Origin: Eledone cirrhosa
Taxonomy: Eukaryota
Length of the DNA: 64,000 nt
Assembly (NCBI GenBank): GCA_964016885.1
Contig: OZ024747.1
Location: 20,088,001-20,152,000, forward strand
Direction: 5' to 3'
Below, piece by piece: positions 1 to 13,647 of this stretch (within the stretch, counting starts at the first letter, position 1; each line of letters starts with the position of its first letter). Both the position numbers and the translations under genes were made by a program. A model generated the notes under the pieces. The model ran no database searches. It worked only from the letters and a program-made list of their open reading frames with translations, and was not told where the DNA came from.

Positions 1-1108
1 ATTCTCCACTTAGTGCATCTGCTCAAATATATAAAAACGAATGTCTATATATGTCCCGTCACTGAAACCTCAACCATTTAATATAATATACAAGTTTTTC
101 ATTAATAGCATAAATGAAATGTAAATTAATATATATTCAAATTAATATATTCCCATGGAGTTGCAAACTTGCAAAATATACAGACCTTCAATTAGTAGAC
201 CTTTACTACTACAAACGACCCCGCAATGAAAACAAGGAGTAGAGAAACGTTTGTTGTATAGCCATGACATTTATATGGATATACAAATATTACAACAGGG
301 CAGTTTATAGCTAAAATATATACATATGTGATGATAGTCAGATGTTTGCTATTTATTCGGTATACCATAGATCATTGCATTGCGAACTGTTCCAATATTA
401 AAGGCTAAATATACACTCAGTGTTTAACTAACATATTGATATGTCTTACATTATACATTGGAAAAGTGGGGCGATGCACCAATGACATAGTTTAATGTAT
501 TTAATTAGAAATATCCTTAACTTCAACTAGTTACATAAATCTCGATAATGTAAGTAAAATAATTGATTTAGCAAAACATGTTAAATACAAGTTTGTAATA
601 GCAGTAACAAGAGCACGTTGAATAATAGCATGGGTGAATTATTCTCAATATGGAAAGGTCGTCAGTAAAATAAAACATGTCCTACTTTAAGGGGATCAAA
701 TTAAAAAGGATCGTAAAATGTTTAAAAAATAACAGAGTTGAAGATAAGAGAAATGTTGTCCAGGACTTAATTTTTTGTACCGTTAATAATTTTATCTATT
801 TTTTTTTAATACTACTTGTGTAATAAAATATATTTCTAAAAAAATTTAAATCAATAAAACAAATGGGTATTAAAAGCTTTTTAAAAGGTTTAAAATAATG
901 TATAATGATATTTTCCTCTTAATTATTTTGAGTAATTGAAACGTAAGTTACTTGAAAGAGAAACACGTTGAACTATAAAATAACGAGTCATAACACTACA
1001 CACATAATTCTTTATATATATCATTTTAATAGGGAGTTAACCGATATATTCTATATACGCAAACACATATGTATCTATCTCTCTGTATATATATATATAT
1101 ACATACAT

Positions 1109-1164
<56 letters not shown>

Positions 1165-1177
1165 TCACACACACACA

Positions 1178-1260
<83 letters not shown>

Positions 1261-1351
1261 CGAAGGAAATGTGGTAAGGAACCAGATGGACCATAACGCA
1301 CCAAAGTACTCAATACTTAGGGTAGTAGAGTGGGTAATAGGAACGAGTAGG

Positions 1352-1447
1352 ACCCCGACGGCTGAGCTCAAGCCGTTTCGACGGCTAATTCTGGACTAAA
1401 TGAACATGTTTATCCTGGTACATGAATAGCCGAGCTTCTCAGGGGGT
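1352..1447 (-). ncRNA. Type I hammerhead-like motif with extended helix II and variant core
   Basis: Minus strand: ACCCC-CTGAGAA-GCT-CGGCTATTC...GAATTAGCCG-TC-GAAAC-GGCTTGAGCTCAGCC-GTC/GGGGT. Helix I ACCCC/GGGGT, palindromic helix III, GUC triplet; core reads CUGAGA rather than CUGANGA. Confidence 0.65.
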
Positions 1448-1801
1448 AATTCCATATATGGTAAAAGTGATTGTCACAAGGATTAGTCAAAAGTTTGTTG
1501 TTGAGACACATAATTCTATCATGGCAATTTGTGGAAGGAAGGGGTAGCTGAACTTGCTTATTGTTCGACTTCCTATCCCTCTACCTCCCTAGTATACTTG
1601 CTTGACCTCCTCCCCTTAGGATCCTGCTGTAGTTGGCACTATCAACGCACGACTGTGTTTCCTCCACTCCCTCTCCCTCTTTCTTCTACGGGCAAGTTCA
1701 GCTACCCCTTCCTTTCACAAATTGCCATGATAGAATTATGTGTCTCAACAACAAAATGTTGACCAATCCTTGTAACAATCACTTTTACCATATATGGAAT
1801 T

Positions 1802-1896
1802 ACCCCCTGAGAAGCTCGGCTATTCATGTACCAGGATAAAAATGTTCATTTAGTCCAGAATTATCCGTAAAACGGCTTGAGCTCAGCCGTCGGGGT
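1802..1896 (+). ncRNA. Mirror copy of the hammerhead-like motif, probably inactive
   Basis: Same sequence as 1352-1447, but CCGTCGAAAC has become CCGTAAAAC (G12 lost). Confidence 0.55.
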
Positions 1897-1907
1897 CCTA
1901 CTTGTTC

Positions 1908-1944
<37 letters not shown>

Positions 1945-2679
1945 TGTTATGGCGTTTAACCTTATAATAAGATTTACATCACTATATCCATATGTTGCTT
2001 CATCAGCGTGAATTAGTATATAAATATACATAATATACACAATATACATAATATATAGACATTTAATCATATATGATTTACATATTTCAAAACCTATTGT
2101 ATTCGCATCTGATGAAATACGTACATTTGATGTGTTCACATGTATACATTTATTCAGGTAGACCCTTGTTATCCTATATTGTATGTTTACTGACTTGTAT
2201 TATTTAATTTCCTTATGCACAATTTAATTTATACTGAAAATAGCAACATATTATCTACTTCAATACTACTAAAACAATGATGATTCCGAATGATGATCAA
2301 AATCAATCAAGCCATTAGTGTGTCTTTTTAAAGTTTATGTAAGTACATCAATATCTAATATCTTCTATATATAGACAAAAGCGTTTGGTTTGGGGCGGAC
2401 ATGGGTACTATCTCTAGCGTAGTGTATCCCTGGTGATCGTTTTATCAGTGATAGAGATGATAATGGTGTTTTATTTAGTGCTTGGGTAGTAATAGCAGTA
2501 AAAATACTGATAACGATGGTACCAATAAGAGTGGAGATGGTTTGTCAGTGAAAATGGCGCTGGTGACTGATATCACAGGCGTCATCGTCGTGATGTTTGA
2601 GAAAGCGGCAACACTTTAGTGGTTATAGTGTGTAGTTTGTAGCTATGATGTCAGTGAAAGTGAGGATGGAAATTCAGAT

Positions 2680-2819
2680 GATGACAATGATGATGATGAT
2701 GACATTTTGAAGTTCGAGGAGGCCGATGATTTGTTGAATGAGGAGAAAAGAAAGAAGGGTAATTTTGATAGTGATGGTGATCATGGTGGTTGGTTGTTTT
2801 AGTAGTGATGATGATCAGA

Positions 2820-2878
<59 letters not shown>

Positions 2879-3042
2879 AATGATGACAATAATAGTTCAA
2901 ATGATGAAGATCATGCGGAGGAATAGGAGGAGTTGAGAGGATGATAAGTAGGAAATTAGCGGATCATCAGTCTCATGATAAAGACGAGGTCGAGAGTGAT
3001 CGAGAGCATAAAGATAAGTAGATGAAGGGGAATGATCATGGC

Positions 3043-3087
<45 letters not shown>

Positions 3088-4359
3088 AAGAAGGAAGAGG
3101 AAGAAATGAGAGGAAGGACGTGATAAAATGATTATGATGATCGTTGTGAAGGTGAGTAAAAGGTGACGGTGAGATGAATTAAGCGAGTGAGAAAAAAAGA
3201 AGCCGCAATGGTGAGTGTCATATAAGTTATATGAGGTGATCATGTTTAATTTGGCATAGAAATAGTTGGACGACTGGCTATGATAACTGTTTTAATTTGG
3301 TGGCTGTATTGCTCGCTGTGGTAGTAATGATAATGGCGTTAGTGGCTGTGGAGGTCGTGGAGTGGTGTTGTTGGAGCCGTTGGTTTCAATGGTTTCAATA
3401 TTGTTGATGATGGCAACAGAAAAAGTGACGGATCATATATTGGTAGCGTTTGTGGTGGTGGTGGTGGTGGTGGTGGTATTTGTGGTGGTGGCGGTGGTGG
3501 TGGTGGTGATGATGATGGTGGTGGATTTGGTGGTGGAGGTGTTGATGGTTGTCGTGGTGGTTGTGGTTGTGGTTGTGGTTGTGGTTGTGGTGATTGGTGA
3601 TTGGTGATGGAAATGGTGGTGGAGGTAGTAGTGGAAGGGGTGGTTGTTTGCTAGTGGTGGTCGTGTTGGCCATGGTGGTTGTGGTGGTGGTGGTGGTGGT
3701 GGTGATGCTGGTGATGATGGTGGTGGAGGGGGTGGAGGTGTTGATGGTTGTCGTGGTGGTTGTGGTGATTTGTGATGCTGATAGGGATGGTGGTGGAGGT
3801 GGTAGAGGTGGTGGAGGTGGTGGGGGTAGTGGGGGTGGTTGTTTGCTAGTGGTGGTGGTATTGGCCGTGGTTGTTGTGGTGGTGGTGGTGGTGGTGGTGG
3901 TGGTGATGGCGGTGATGCTGGTAATGGTGGTGGATGTGGTGGATGGGTGGAGGTTGTGGAGGTGGTTGGGGTTGTTCTTTACTAGTGGTTGTCGTGTTGG
4001 CCGTGGTGGTGGTGGTGGTGGTGTTGGTGGTGGTCGTCGTTGTTGTGGTGGTGGAGGTTTTGGTCGTGGTGGTGGTTTAGTTGTGGTGGTGGGTGTGTTG
4101 GTGGTGGTTGTCGTCGTTGTGGTTGTTCTTGTTGTTGTTGTTATTGTTGTTGTTGCTGTGGTGTTGGTGTCGATGCTGGTGATAGCTGGTGGTGATAATG
4201 GTGGTGGTGGTGGTACTGGTGGTGGTAGTGGTGGTCTGGTGGTTGCTTGTGGTGATGGGGCTGGTAGCGATGGTGGTTATTTGCTATTTATGGTAGTCGT
4301 GTTGGCCATGGTGGTGGTTGTAGTAGTGATGCTGGTGATGCTGATACTAATGGTGGTAG

Positions 4360-4390
<31 letters not shown>

Positions 4391-4490
4391 GGTGGCCGTA
4401 GTGGTGGCGGTGTTGATGGTGATGGTACTAATGCTGGTGATGGTTGCTGGTGGTAGTCGGGTTGGCCGTAGTGGTGACAGCGGTGCGGGT
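2680..4490. repeat. Degenerate (GAT)n / (GGT)n low-complexity region with internally duplicated blocks
   Basis: Pure (GAT)n at about 2820-2878 and 3043-3085; cryptic GGT/GTT repeats 3450-4450; motif ggttgtttgctagtggtggt at about 3642 and 3837. Confidence 0.9.
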
Positions 4491-4840
4491 GAGCTCAACC
4501 TGTTAATGGAATATCACTGAAGCAAAGTCACGTCAAATACTTGACTTCAGTCCTTGAATATATATTTAAGAGAAGGACTGTCACTGCTTCGATTATTTTC
4601 ATCAGATCTGACAGGTGACGCAGGTATTCGATGGATGTAAATAACAGTGCATTATAACTTATAGTGTTAAATGTATTGATGGTAGTGGTACTTATGATTG
4701 GGCTCTATTAAATATGACACCCTGTATAAATTTACGTATGAAATATATATATAAGCGCATAGATGGAATCATACGTAAATATGTATGTTTAATGTGAATC
4801 CCTTTCTCTCTCACCCTCGTGAATCGCTTTCTCTCTCACC

Positions 4841-4999
<159 letters not shown>

Positions 5000-5072
5000 T
5001 TTGTGTGTGTGTGTGTACGGATGCATTTATTGTAACCTTACAACAACTGTATATAAATATATAGATACATAC

Positions 5073-5158
<86 letters not shown>

Positions 5159-5506
5159 CATATATATATATACACTTATATATATATATATATATATATA
5201 CGCACACACACTCACAAATACTCAAAAGAACACACATATTCATGATTAAGTAAGGGTTTGTGGGAGTATCTAAATAAATATATCTGTGTGCATCTAAGTG
5301 TGAGTATAATATGCAGGTATGTAATATAATATGTGTACATATAAGTGTGTGCGTGTGTGTAGGCATATGTAGGTGTGTGGGAGTGTGTATCTGGGTGTAT
5401 GTCATTTTTATGATAAATTTAATCTTAAGTAGTACATTTATATACAAGCCAGATGTGATAGAAAATATTAAGTTATTGTACCCTCTGCCCCTACACCGAG
5501 TGTGTT

Positions 5507-5537
<31 letters not shown>

Positions 5538-5608
5538 CTATATATATATATATAATTAACTGTATATATATATATAACTATATATATATACATCTATCTA
5601 TCTATCTA

Positions 5609-5653
<45 letters not shown>

Positions 5654-6022
5654 TTATATATATGTCTGTGTTTGTGTGTGTGTGTGTGTGTGTCTCTGTG
5701 TGTGTGTAAAATAAAAGAGACGGAGTGTGAGTTAGAGATAGTTGCAGAAATTATAGTGAAAAAGACAGAAAGAGTAATGTAACAACGTGTGAAATTCTTA
5801 TAGTTTTTTTTCAGTTCCACCCTTTCACAGTCTCTGAAAAATTTAGCGTATTTTTGTTTCTCAGAATGGAGAGAAAGAATGAACAGAAATCAAACGAAAT
5901 AAAGCAGCAGGAATGGGTCAGAATATTGTTAGAATAAAGACCATTATCGTTACAAGATAGCAATAAATAAATAAACAACTAAATAAACTAATATATAAAT
6001 AAACAAATAAAAAATAAATAGG

Positions 6023-6057
<35 letters not shown>

Positions 6058-6640
6058 ACAAATAAATATAAAAATAAATTAATAAATATATAAATATATA
6101 AAACTCAACAGCGTATAGAGGATTATAACGTAAGTTAATGTCTAGAGATTTCATGTCATTGATACGAGACTACACACAATTAGATTCTCATCACTAACTG
6201 AACTCCAGAAGTACATGTGTACAAAGGTCAATGTAGATTAAGCAACATAATCAGACTGTAACGAGGAGAGGAGATGGTGGAATGTTATCAACTGCTACAA
6301 AATTGATCAGAGTAACTCTGTAGTTATGCATAACGGGAGACCATCATATCTATATAATAGCATTTTTGCTTACACTTGTCTCAATAGAAAGTGGTTCCTA
6401 TTACCATGTTACATTTCATTAATCATTGCTTATTTGGCCGTACATATTTTGATCTCAAACTTGTTGTTACTGCTGTTATTGGGGCCAAAAGAGACGGTAT
6501 TGAATATGATAGTTCTACTATGTGTTTCATTGTTCACAATTGCATTTCTATTTTTATAGGGACATGATATCATTCTAGTGTTTAAAAATTATTTCTATTT
6601 CAGTACACACACACAGGCACACGCAATTATACATACACAT

Positions 6641-6810
<170 letters not shown>

Positions 6811-6821
6811 GCATATATATT

Positions 6822-6854
<33 letters not shown>

Positions 6855-6875
6855 GTTGTATATGTATGTATGTAT

Positions 6876-6950
<75 letters not shown>

Positions 6951-7091
6951 TGTATGTAGGTATATATATGTAGGTATATATATGTATTTGGCAATATACC
7001 GTATGTTTAGTTTAAAATATTTAGAAGACCATACGCTATCAGTTTTAAAGTAGTGACCATGTCACTTCTTTTCGGCGAAAGAAGGGAGAGA

Positions 7092-7133
7092 AGCTGACAG
7101 TCTGTTTCACGCTGGTTGGTGTTCATCAGAGCC
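7092..7133 (-). ncRNA. Minimal type I hammerhead ribozyme motif
   Basis: Minus strand: GGCT-CTGATGA-ACAC-CAACCA-GCGT-GAA-ACAG-A-CTGT-C/AGCT. Canonical CUGAUGA and GAAA boxes, palindromic helix III, GUC triplet, 4-bp helix I; one mismatch in helix II. Confidence 0.75.
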
Positions 7134-7214
7134 ACACACACCACTGCTTCCGCCGAAAATTATAGAAGCTGGATTTTTATATATATATGTATACACACAC
7201 ACACACAAATATGT

Positions 7215-7272
<58 letters not shown>

Positions 7273-7302
7273 GTGTGTGTGTGTGTGTGTATAAATATAT
7301 AA

Positions 7303-7382
<80 letters not shown>

Positions 7383-7869
7383 CATATATATATCTGTACA
7401 TATATATATATCTGTACATATATATATAATCATATAGACATATAGGTAGATAATCATAAATCAGAGGAAACATCATATTTATATTTATAGATTGTGTCAA
7501 TAAATTTTTGTTAACAGTGGCTTTGCGTTAGATATACACTTCCATGTTTGCATTTGAGATGCTAGCAATTGATACTTTCTTTTTCAATTTCGGTGTTGGG
7601 GAGGGCACTGTGCTATCTGTATCGGACCTTATATGATTTATGTTTACTCTGTGTAGTGTATTTAGTTAATATTTACATGAATGTTTTCATTTTGAAATTG
7701 ATATTACTTTTACAGTGTATTTTATTCGTTTCTTTCAATAAGAAGTGATTTCCATTGACTATTTATGATAAGTGTGTTTGCTTAGACTTTGGATTATTAC
7801 ATATATTCGCCTTCGATAAGGTTGGCTGCTTTCTCTATGCACCTGAAAATTTAAGAACGACAACTAAGA

Positions 7870-8110
7870 ACGGGCACTTGCACACTTCCCCAAACGGTCA
7901 AGTTTACCGTGGCCTTTTCTGGGCTTTCTCCACCAGTGACCCTCGGAGATATCATCTCTTGGGGAATATGTTATGTTTGATTGTTAAATGATTATTTTTT
8001 TAGTCTTTGTTATAAACCTTTCATTCGCAGAAAAAGAAAACACATTGCATCGTCTTCTTTCGTTCTGTACCGTCTTTATTGTCCTCTTAATGTAAACTCT
8101 ATGTGGCTAC
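7870..8110 (+). mobile_element. 3' UTR fragment of the L1/Tx1-like LINE seen at 23192-23880
   Basis: ggcacttgc...gtggccttttctgggctttctccac...ttggggaat matches 23586-23675; tgtaccgtc...atgtaaac...tgtgg matches 23748-23807. Confidence 0.6.
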
Positions 8111-8111
8111 T

Positions 8112-8286
8112 TTGGCAGTATCGCTAGAGGGTAAAACACCATGCTTTGCAGCATAGAGTTACGGCCCTTTATGATCTGAGTTCAAATCCCCCGAGGTTAA
8201 CTTTGACTTTCATCTCTACGAGGTCGATAAAATAAAGTACGATTTAATCGACTTTCCACTCCCCCAAATTACTGGCCTGGTGCCTA
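8112..8286 (+). mobile_element. tRNA-derived SINE (major family)
   Basis: A-box-like TGGCAGTATCG, B-box GAGTTCAAATCC, family body ...gtcgataaaataaagtac..., (TTA)n tail. Confidence 0.9.
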
Positions 8287-8875
8287 TTATTATTATATAA
8301 TTGTGTTAGACTCAGGAGAATTTCGGATAAAAATTACACATGACATTTAGCTCTAGGTCAGAATTGTGTGAGCAAACGTATGGTCAAACATAGTCCAGCT
8401 GTGATCATCCAGTACCTTTGTATGTACAGGAATTCCGGAAACAAATTATCTAACGCGTCCGTTTCTCAAAGGACCTCATGTCATTTGAGAATATTTCTCT
8501 TATATTTCTAGCAAGGAAAAAGGAAAAAGGGGGGGCTCCCATTCTGGTTCAAATATTCTGAAAAATATTCGGACGATATAATCAATAATAAGTGTTCTTC
8601 AATGTTGCAGATTTTTGCTTGCTTTTCATAGAAAATATTATTATTAGCTTCCTGTAAAATTACTAAATATAGGTAATATCTCCAAATAATGGTCACTGAA
8701 AACAGATGCGTGAATTATATAATTAACAAAGGTCCCTTTAGGCGAATCAGAAGAGAGAGAAAAAGTCTCGATATAATTGGATTTAGTTCAGGTAGGAAAT
8801 GCATATGAACACACATGTATATATATATCTATGTATATATGACTATATCAATATCTATCTATGTATATATATATG

Positions 8876-8980
<105 letters not shown>

Positions 8981-9026
8981 ATATATATATATACATAGAT
9001 AGATATTGATATAGTCATATATATAT

Positions 9027-9147
<121 letters not shown>

Positions 9148-10867
9148 TGCTGTTTGACTATACACGCACACGCACACTCACATACACATACAAATATATA
9201 CATACATACACACACAAACACGGTCTCATAAACATACACATATACATATATCGCATAATTATGCACTAAATGATGGACGATGGAATGTGCAAACTAATCG
9301 ATACTATTTGGATGGTGTGATTAAATATGATTGAAGAGATCGTGTGAACTAAATGATGTAGAATGAACGGTGTGAATTAAGAGCGAGTTGATAGATAACC
9401 ATGTTATTTTGGTATATCTTCTTGATCGTCTCAAATTTTCTTAGAAAATTATACTCTATTTTGCATAATCAGCAATTCTGATTTCTTATTGTGGTTTATA
9501 CATTGAGTTAACTACCTAATATAGTTGAAATTGAGTTTGTTTTGGGAAATCTCTGACTAGATATTTTCAACAAGTTTTGTTGTTGCTTACCTTTATGTAA
9601 TGTCTAGAGGTTTGTTTCGGCTTCATTGCTTTGTGATTAATAATTTAACTTTGCAATGTTATGTGTAGCACCTTCAATAAATGTTGTTTGCTTTAAAATC
9701 GATCGTTCTCTACCATGTGAGTGAAACTGGCTAACGGGAGCAAATCCCGTTATATTTTATTTGACCTAAATTGTTTTTTCCAGGCTCAACATCTTTATTG
9801 GTGCATTTCATGGGGTTTATTCTTTTTCATCTTAATTTCCAATGTGTCAATCCTTCGATATCTGAAGGGCTGGCTCTTACTACAGCAAATCCTAAATCGG
9901 CATCCTTTTCTATCCAACTGTTATGGAAAACCTGACAAAATAACTTGCAGTATTTCTTACAACTTGAGTTCAAATGTTCCTGATGTCAATTTTCCCCTTA
10001 ATCCTTCTGGGGCGAATAATATAAAGTACAGTTATGAGATGCAGTCAATACAATCGACGTTTCTTTTCGACAAAATTGTTGACCGGGTGTCTAAATTAAA
10101 AATCACTATCTTGTTTTCACTGTCGCTTTTATAAATTCCCGATGTGTTTCATTCCACTCTTTGTTAACTTTTGCAACATATATGAATAATATAGCCAACA
10201 TAGCTATTCCAGATAGGTAATGTGGATTTAGTGATGTATCATTACTCTAACTATATGAATCCCTTGGTCAAAAGAGAATTCTATCTATGACAGAATGAGA
10301 AGAGAATTTGCAAGTAAAATGTGTCATCTGTTTCAATAAAGCTGTGGCTGCGAATATAAGATTTAACTATTCGATCCATCGTAATAACTATATGCCTGTT
10401 TTCATCAACATTTAAAGGGCTAAAAGAAGAATATAATGCAACCATTGGGTTCGTTAGGTAATAGTAAAAGGTTTATTTCATGAAAGGCTGATACAATTGA
10501 GCTGATTCATTCAACTACGTTCATCATTGTACAACACATCGTTGTATTGCACAACTCATCGTTGTCATCATTTTTATTGTTTAGCCATCGTGCTGATCTG
10601 GTGTTGCACTTGAAAGCCAGCTCATACATAATATAGAGTTACATTCAGGAGATAGACCTGATCCATTCACAATAAAGTTTGACGGGGTATTTCCTTTCAG
10701 AAACCCTATGAAAATTCTAACACTGAAACGTAGAAATATGTGTGAAAACCTTTTTAACATCACCATCAGCATAACGAAAGGCAGAGTAACATACATGAAA
10801 GTATATCTGTTGTAACTGGACATATGAGATATACATTATTATTGAGATAAAAGATTGGATGGTCTTC

Positions 10868-11021
10868 AGAAGAAGAAGAAGAAGAAGAAGAAGAAGAAGA
10901 AGAAGAAGAAGAAGAAGAAGAAGAAGAAGAAGAAGAAGAAGAAGAAGAAGAAGAAGAAGAAGAAGAAGAAGAAGAAGAAGAAGAAGAAGAAGAAGAAGAA
11001 GAAGAAGAAGAAGAAGAAGAA
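10868..11021. repeat. Pure (GAA)n microsatellite, about 51 units
   Basis: Uninterrupted gaa repeat. Confidence 0.97.
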
Positions 11022-11674
11022 GCCCATATTTTGAATGCCTTTGCCCATAAGTGTATTTATTCCATGAGATCCGATACATCAACTAAAATGCTGTTTGCTT
11101 TCTTAGTAACTAGAAAATTATGTCGAATATAAATTCAAGTAGAATACTGTCATTGGCAGCGCAAGTAAATGTCATTATGACATCGCACTCCTCCTAATCA
11201 CTTTATCCTTCCCCAAATTATGTTAGTAGAATGGATAAAGTAGAACTGAGAATCACATTTCGACATTATTATCCTTATAAATATGGCATTAACAAGGTTA
11301 ATATATTTAATTTAATCCCAGTAATACCTTCAATGCTTCACATTAATATAAACAGCTTTTCATGACAATAACAGATAGGAAGTTGTGAGCGGACAACTTG
11401 TTGACATTGGGTGAAATTTATAGCACAGAAGCAGAGTGGTAAAATGAGCAACAAAAATATAGTGTGGACATTATGTGTATGAACGAAGTATAAGCAGAGA
11501 TATAAAATATAGATACACAGATAGGTTGATATATAGATATAGATATAGATATACAAGGCGTGAGGAAATTGGCACCGAAGAATAGAGGGAGATATATATC
11601 ACGAAAGGAAAACACATTTTTGAAGAAGTTTAAATAATTTTTTTTCAATATTTTAAAGTTTTGTTAAGGATTTT

Positions 11675-11737
11675 GTACCACCTGTCGAGCCAAGGTTATC
11701 GGGATTGGTAGCATGAGCCATATCTTCTTCAGGTCCG
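11675..11737 (-). ncRNA. Decayed hammerhead-like motif
   Basis: Minus strand: GGAC-CTGAAGA-AGATATGG...CCAATCC-C-GATA-ACCT...AGGT-G-GTAC. Topology is retained but the GAAA box and cleavage triplet are mutated. Confidence 0.4.
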
Positions 11738-11809
11738 CATCGAAATATGTATCACAGAGATATAAATAAACCTAAATCAACTATATATGGCCTCCTTACT
11801 CTTTTAATG

Positions 11810-11840
<31 letters not shown>

Positions 11841-11841
<1 letters not shown>

Positions 11842-12696
11842 GATGTGTGTCAGAAAAGTTCCAGGACTGATGTCACAAAAGATTTATTTCAAACCCAAAC
11901 TTCACACTAAGAGTTTTCTTCTTCAAAGTAATCCCCCTGGAGTCTAATGCACTCGTCCATCCTTTTCTGCTACGCATGCATGCACTCCTGGAAGGATTCT
12001 TCCGGGATACTCAGCAGTTCCGTCGTCACAGCCTTTTTGATGTCGTCCACGTCTTCAAAACGGTCGCCTCCGGGTCGTACTCGAAGATACTTTCACCGGT
12101 TATGACTGTCCCTAGAAAGTCTGGTTCGGTTTCAAGACGCTCGACGATGTCCTGGCACACTTGCATGCGTCGACCCTTCTGGTCATCGTTCAGCAGTTTT
12201 GGCACCATCTTCGAGCAGACTTTCTGTATGTCCATATCTTCAGTGAGAATCTTCCAGACGCTGTCCCGATTCATGCCCAGCATATTTGCCAACAGTCGAA
12301 CAGTCAGCCCACGATCGCTACGCACCACCTGCCTTGCGCTCCTGGGTTATCTTCCACGTCCTCGTGTCCTTCTTTAAACATCTTGCACCACTCAAAAACA
12401 CGTGCGCGTGACATCGTCTTATCTCCATACATTTTCTGCAGCAATCCCTGTGCTTCTGACGGAGTTTTCCCCAACTGTACCTGAAACTTCAAGTTTGTTC
12501 ATTGCTCTGTGCTCATTGCTTGACGATCTGAAACAGAGGACATGTATATAAAGTTATGAGGACATGTATATAAAAGTTTGATCGCTGCAGAGAGCTAAGA
12601 TTACAGATTACTTTGAAGGAGAAAACTCTTAGTGTGAAGTTTGGGTTTGAAATAAATCTTTTGTGACATCAATCTGGAACTTTTCTGACACACCTC

Positions 12697-12697
<1 letters not shown>
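11841..12697 (-). mobile_element. Internally deleted Tc1/mariner (mariner-type) DNA transposon
   Basis: About 92-bp terminal inverted repeats (11841-11933 and 12606-12697; cgaNgtgtgtcagaaaagttcc...), TA on both sides, inserted within (TA)n. Confidence 0.95.
12026..12516 (-). pseudogene. Mariner transposase remnant (N-terminal HTH region and first catalytic Asp region)
   Basis: MSTEQ*TNLKFQVQLGKTPSE...MSRARVFEWCKMFKEG, then frameshift to LTVRLLA...KVCSKMVPKLL...VITGESIFEYDPE (variants of WVPHEL and TGDE/YDPE). Stop codon, frameshift and deletion present. Confidence 0.92.
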
Positions 12698-12771
<74 letters not shown>

Positions 12772-12947
12772 GCTGATGGACGTAATGTAGAGTACTCAAT
12801 AACCATAGTAGAGGTGATATTCAAGCTCGAACTCTGTAAATCACGATATCATCAGACAAATCTAAGATACAAAAATGGAGTGACGGAAGAAACAAAGAAA
12901 CACACAAACACACAAACACGCACACACGCACACACGCACACACACAC

Positions 12948-13014
<67 letters not shown>

Positions 13015-13081
13015 ACACACACACACACACACACGCACACACACACACACACACGCACACACACACACGCACACACACAAG

Positions 13082-13125
<44 letters not shown>

Positions 13126-13353
13126 GCACACACACACACGCACACGCACACACACACACAAACACTCTCTCTCAAAAGTATATACAAAACGTTGTTTCCT
13201 TTTCAGATGAATGCAGTCAATCACCAACAGTTTTCCTAGAGATGGCGACATGAATGGACTTGTTTTGGTATTTTTCTCTAAAATCATTTTTCTCGTTTTC
13301 TGTTATTTCCCGTCTCATCAATCGTTCTATTTCTTTTTTAGTTTCTGATTCTA

Positions 13354-13390
13354 TTTTCTGGTGAAGGACTACCGTCCAAAAGGTTGAGGG
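13354..13390 (+). ncRNA. Degenerate minimal hammerhead, first copy of a direct pair
   Basis: CTGGTGA-A-GGAC-TACC-GTCC-AAAAGGTTGAG; homologous with its downstream flank to 13612-13685. Confidence 0.5.
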
Positions 13391-13611
13391 CCTTTTTATA
13401 CTATATCAAACGTAAAACTAATAATATATATCCTCATTGTACTGAGTCGTTTCCTTTGATATTTATGTTTAGTTTTGCATACACACATACACACACATAC
13501 ATACAAATACACACACACGTACGTGTCAACATGAACAGACCTGTTAATTTTATCTAAAGACATGTTCTCCAATTCCAACCTACCTTTCAACCTATCTTAT
13601 TTCTCATTTTT

Positions 13612-13647
13612 TTTTCTGATGAAGGACTAGCGTCCGAAACGTTAAGA
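13612..13647 (+). ncRNA. Minimal Penelope-type hammerhead ribozyme motif
   Basis: TTTT-CTGATGA-A-GGAC-TAGC-GTCC-GAAACGTTA/AGA. Perfect 4-bp helix II, palindromic AACGTT in place of helix III, weak helix I. Confidence 0.75.

Larger units (their letters stand above)
1259..1909 (-). mobile_element. Non-coding fold-back element (family A) carrying hammerhead motifs in both arms; probable Penelope pLTR/retrozyme derivative
   Basis: Inverted arms 1339-1557 and 1692-1909 (about 10 differences in ~219 bp), 134-bp spacer, unique tail 1259-1338, (TA)n on both sides. Tail and hammerhead 3' half recur at 36596-36795. Confidence 0.8.

Noticed and set aside
1950-2010. CTGATGA on the minus strand followed by a palindromic AATCTTAT/ATAAGGTT
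   Set aside because: GAAA box and helix II too degraded to call a hammerhead, though a relic is possible.
3594-4520. 308-aa Val/Gly-rich ORF
   Set aside because: Product of degenerate (GGT)n; open in several frames and has no domain signal.
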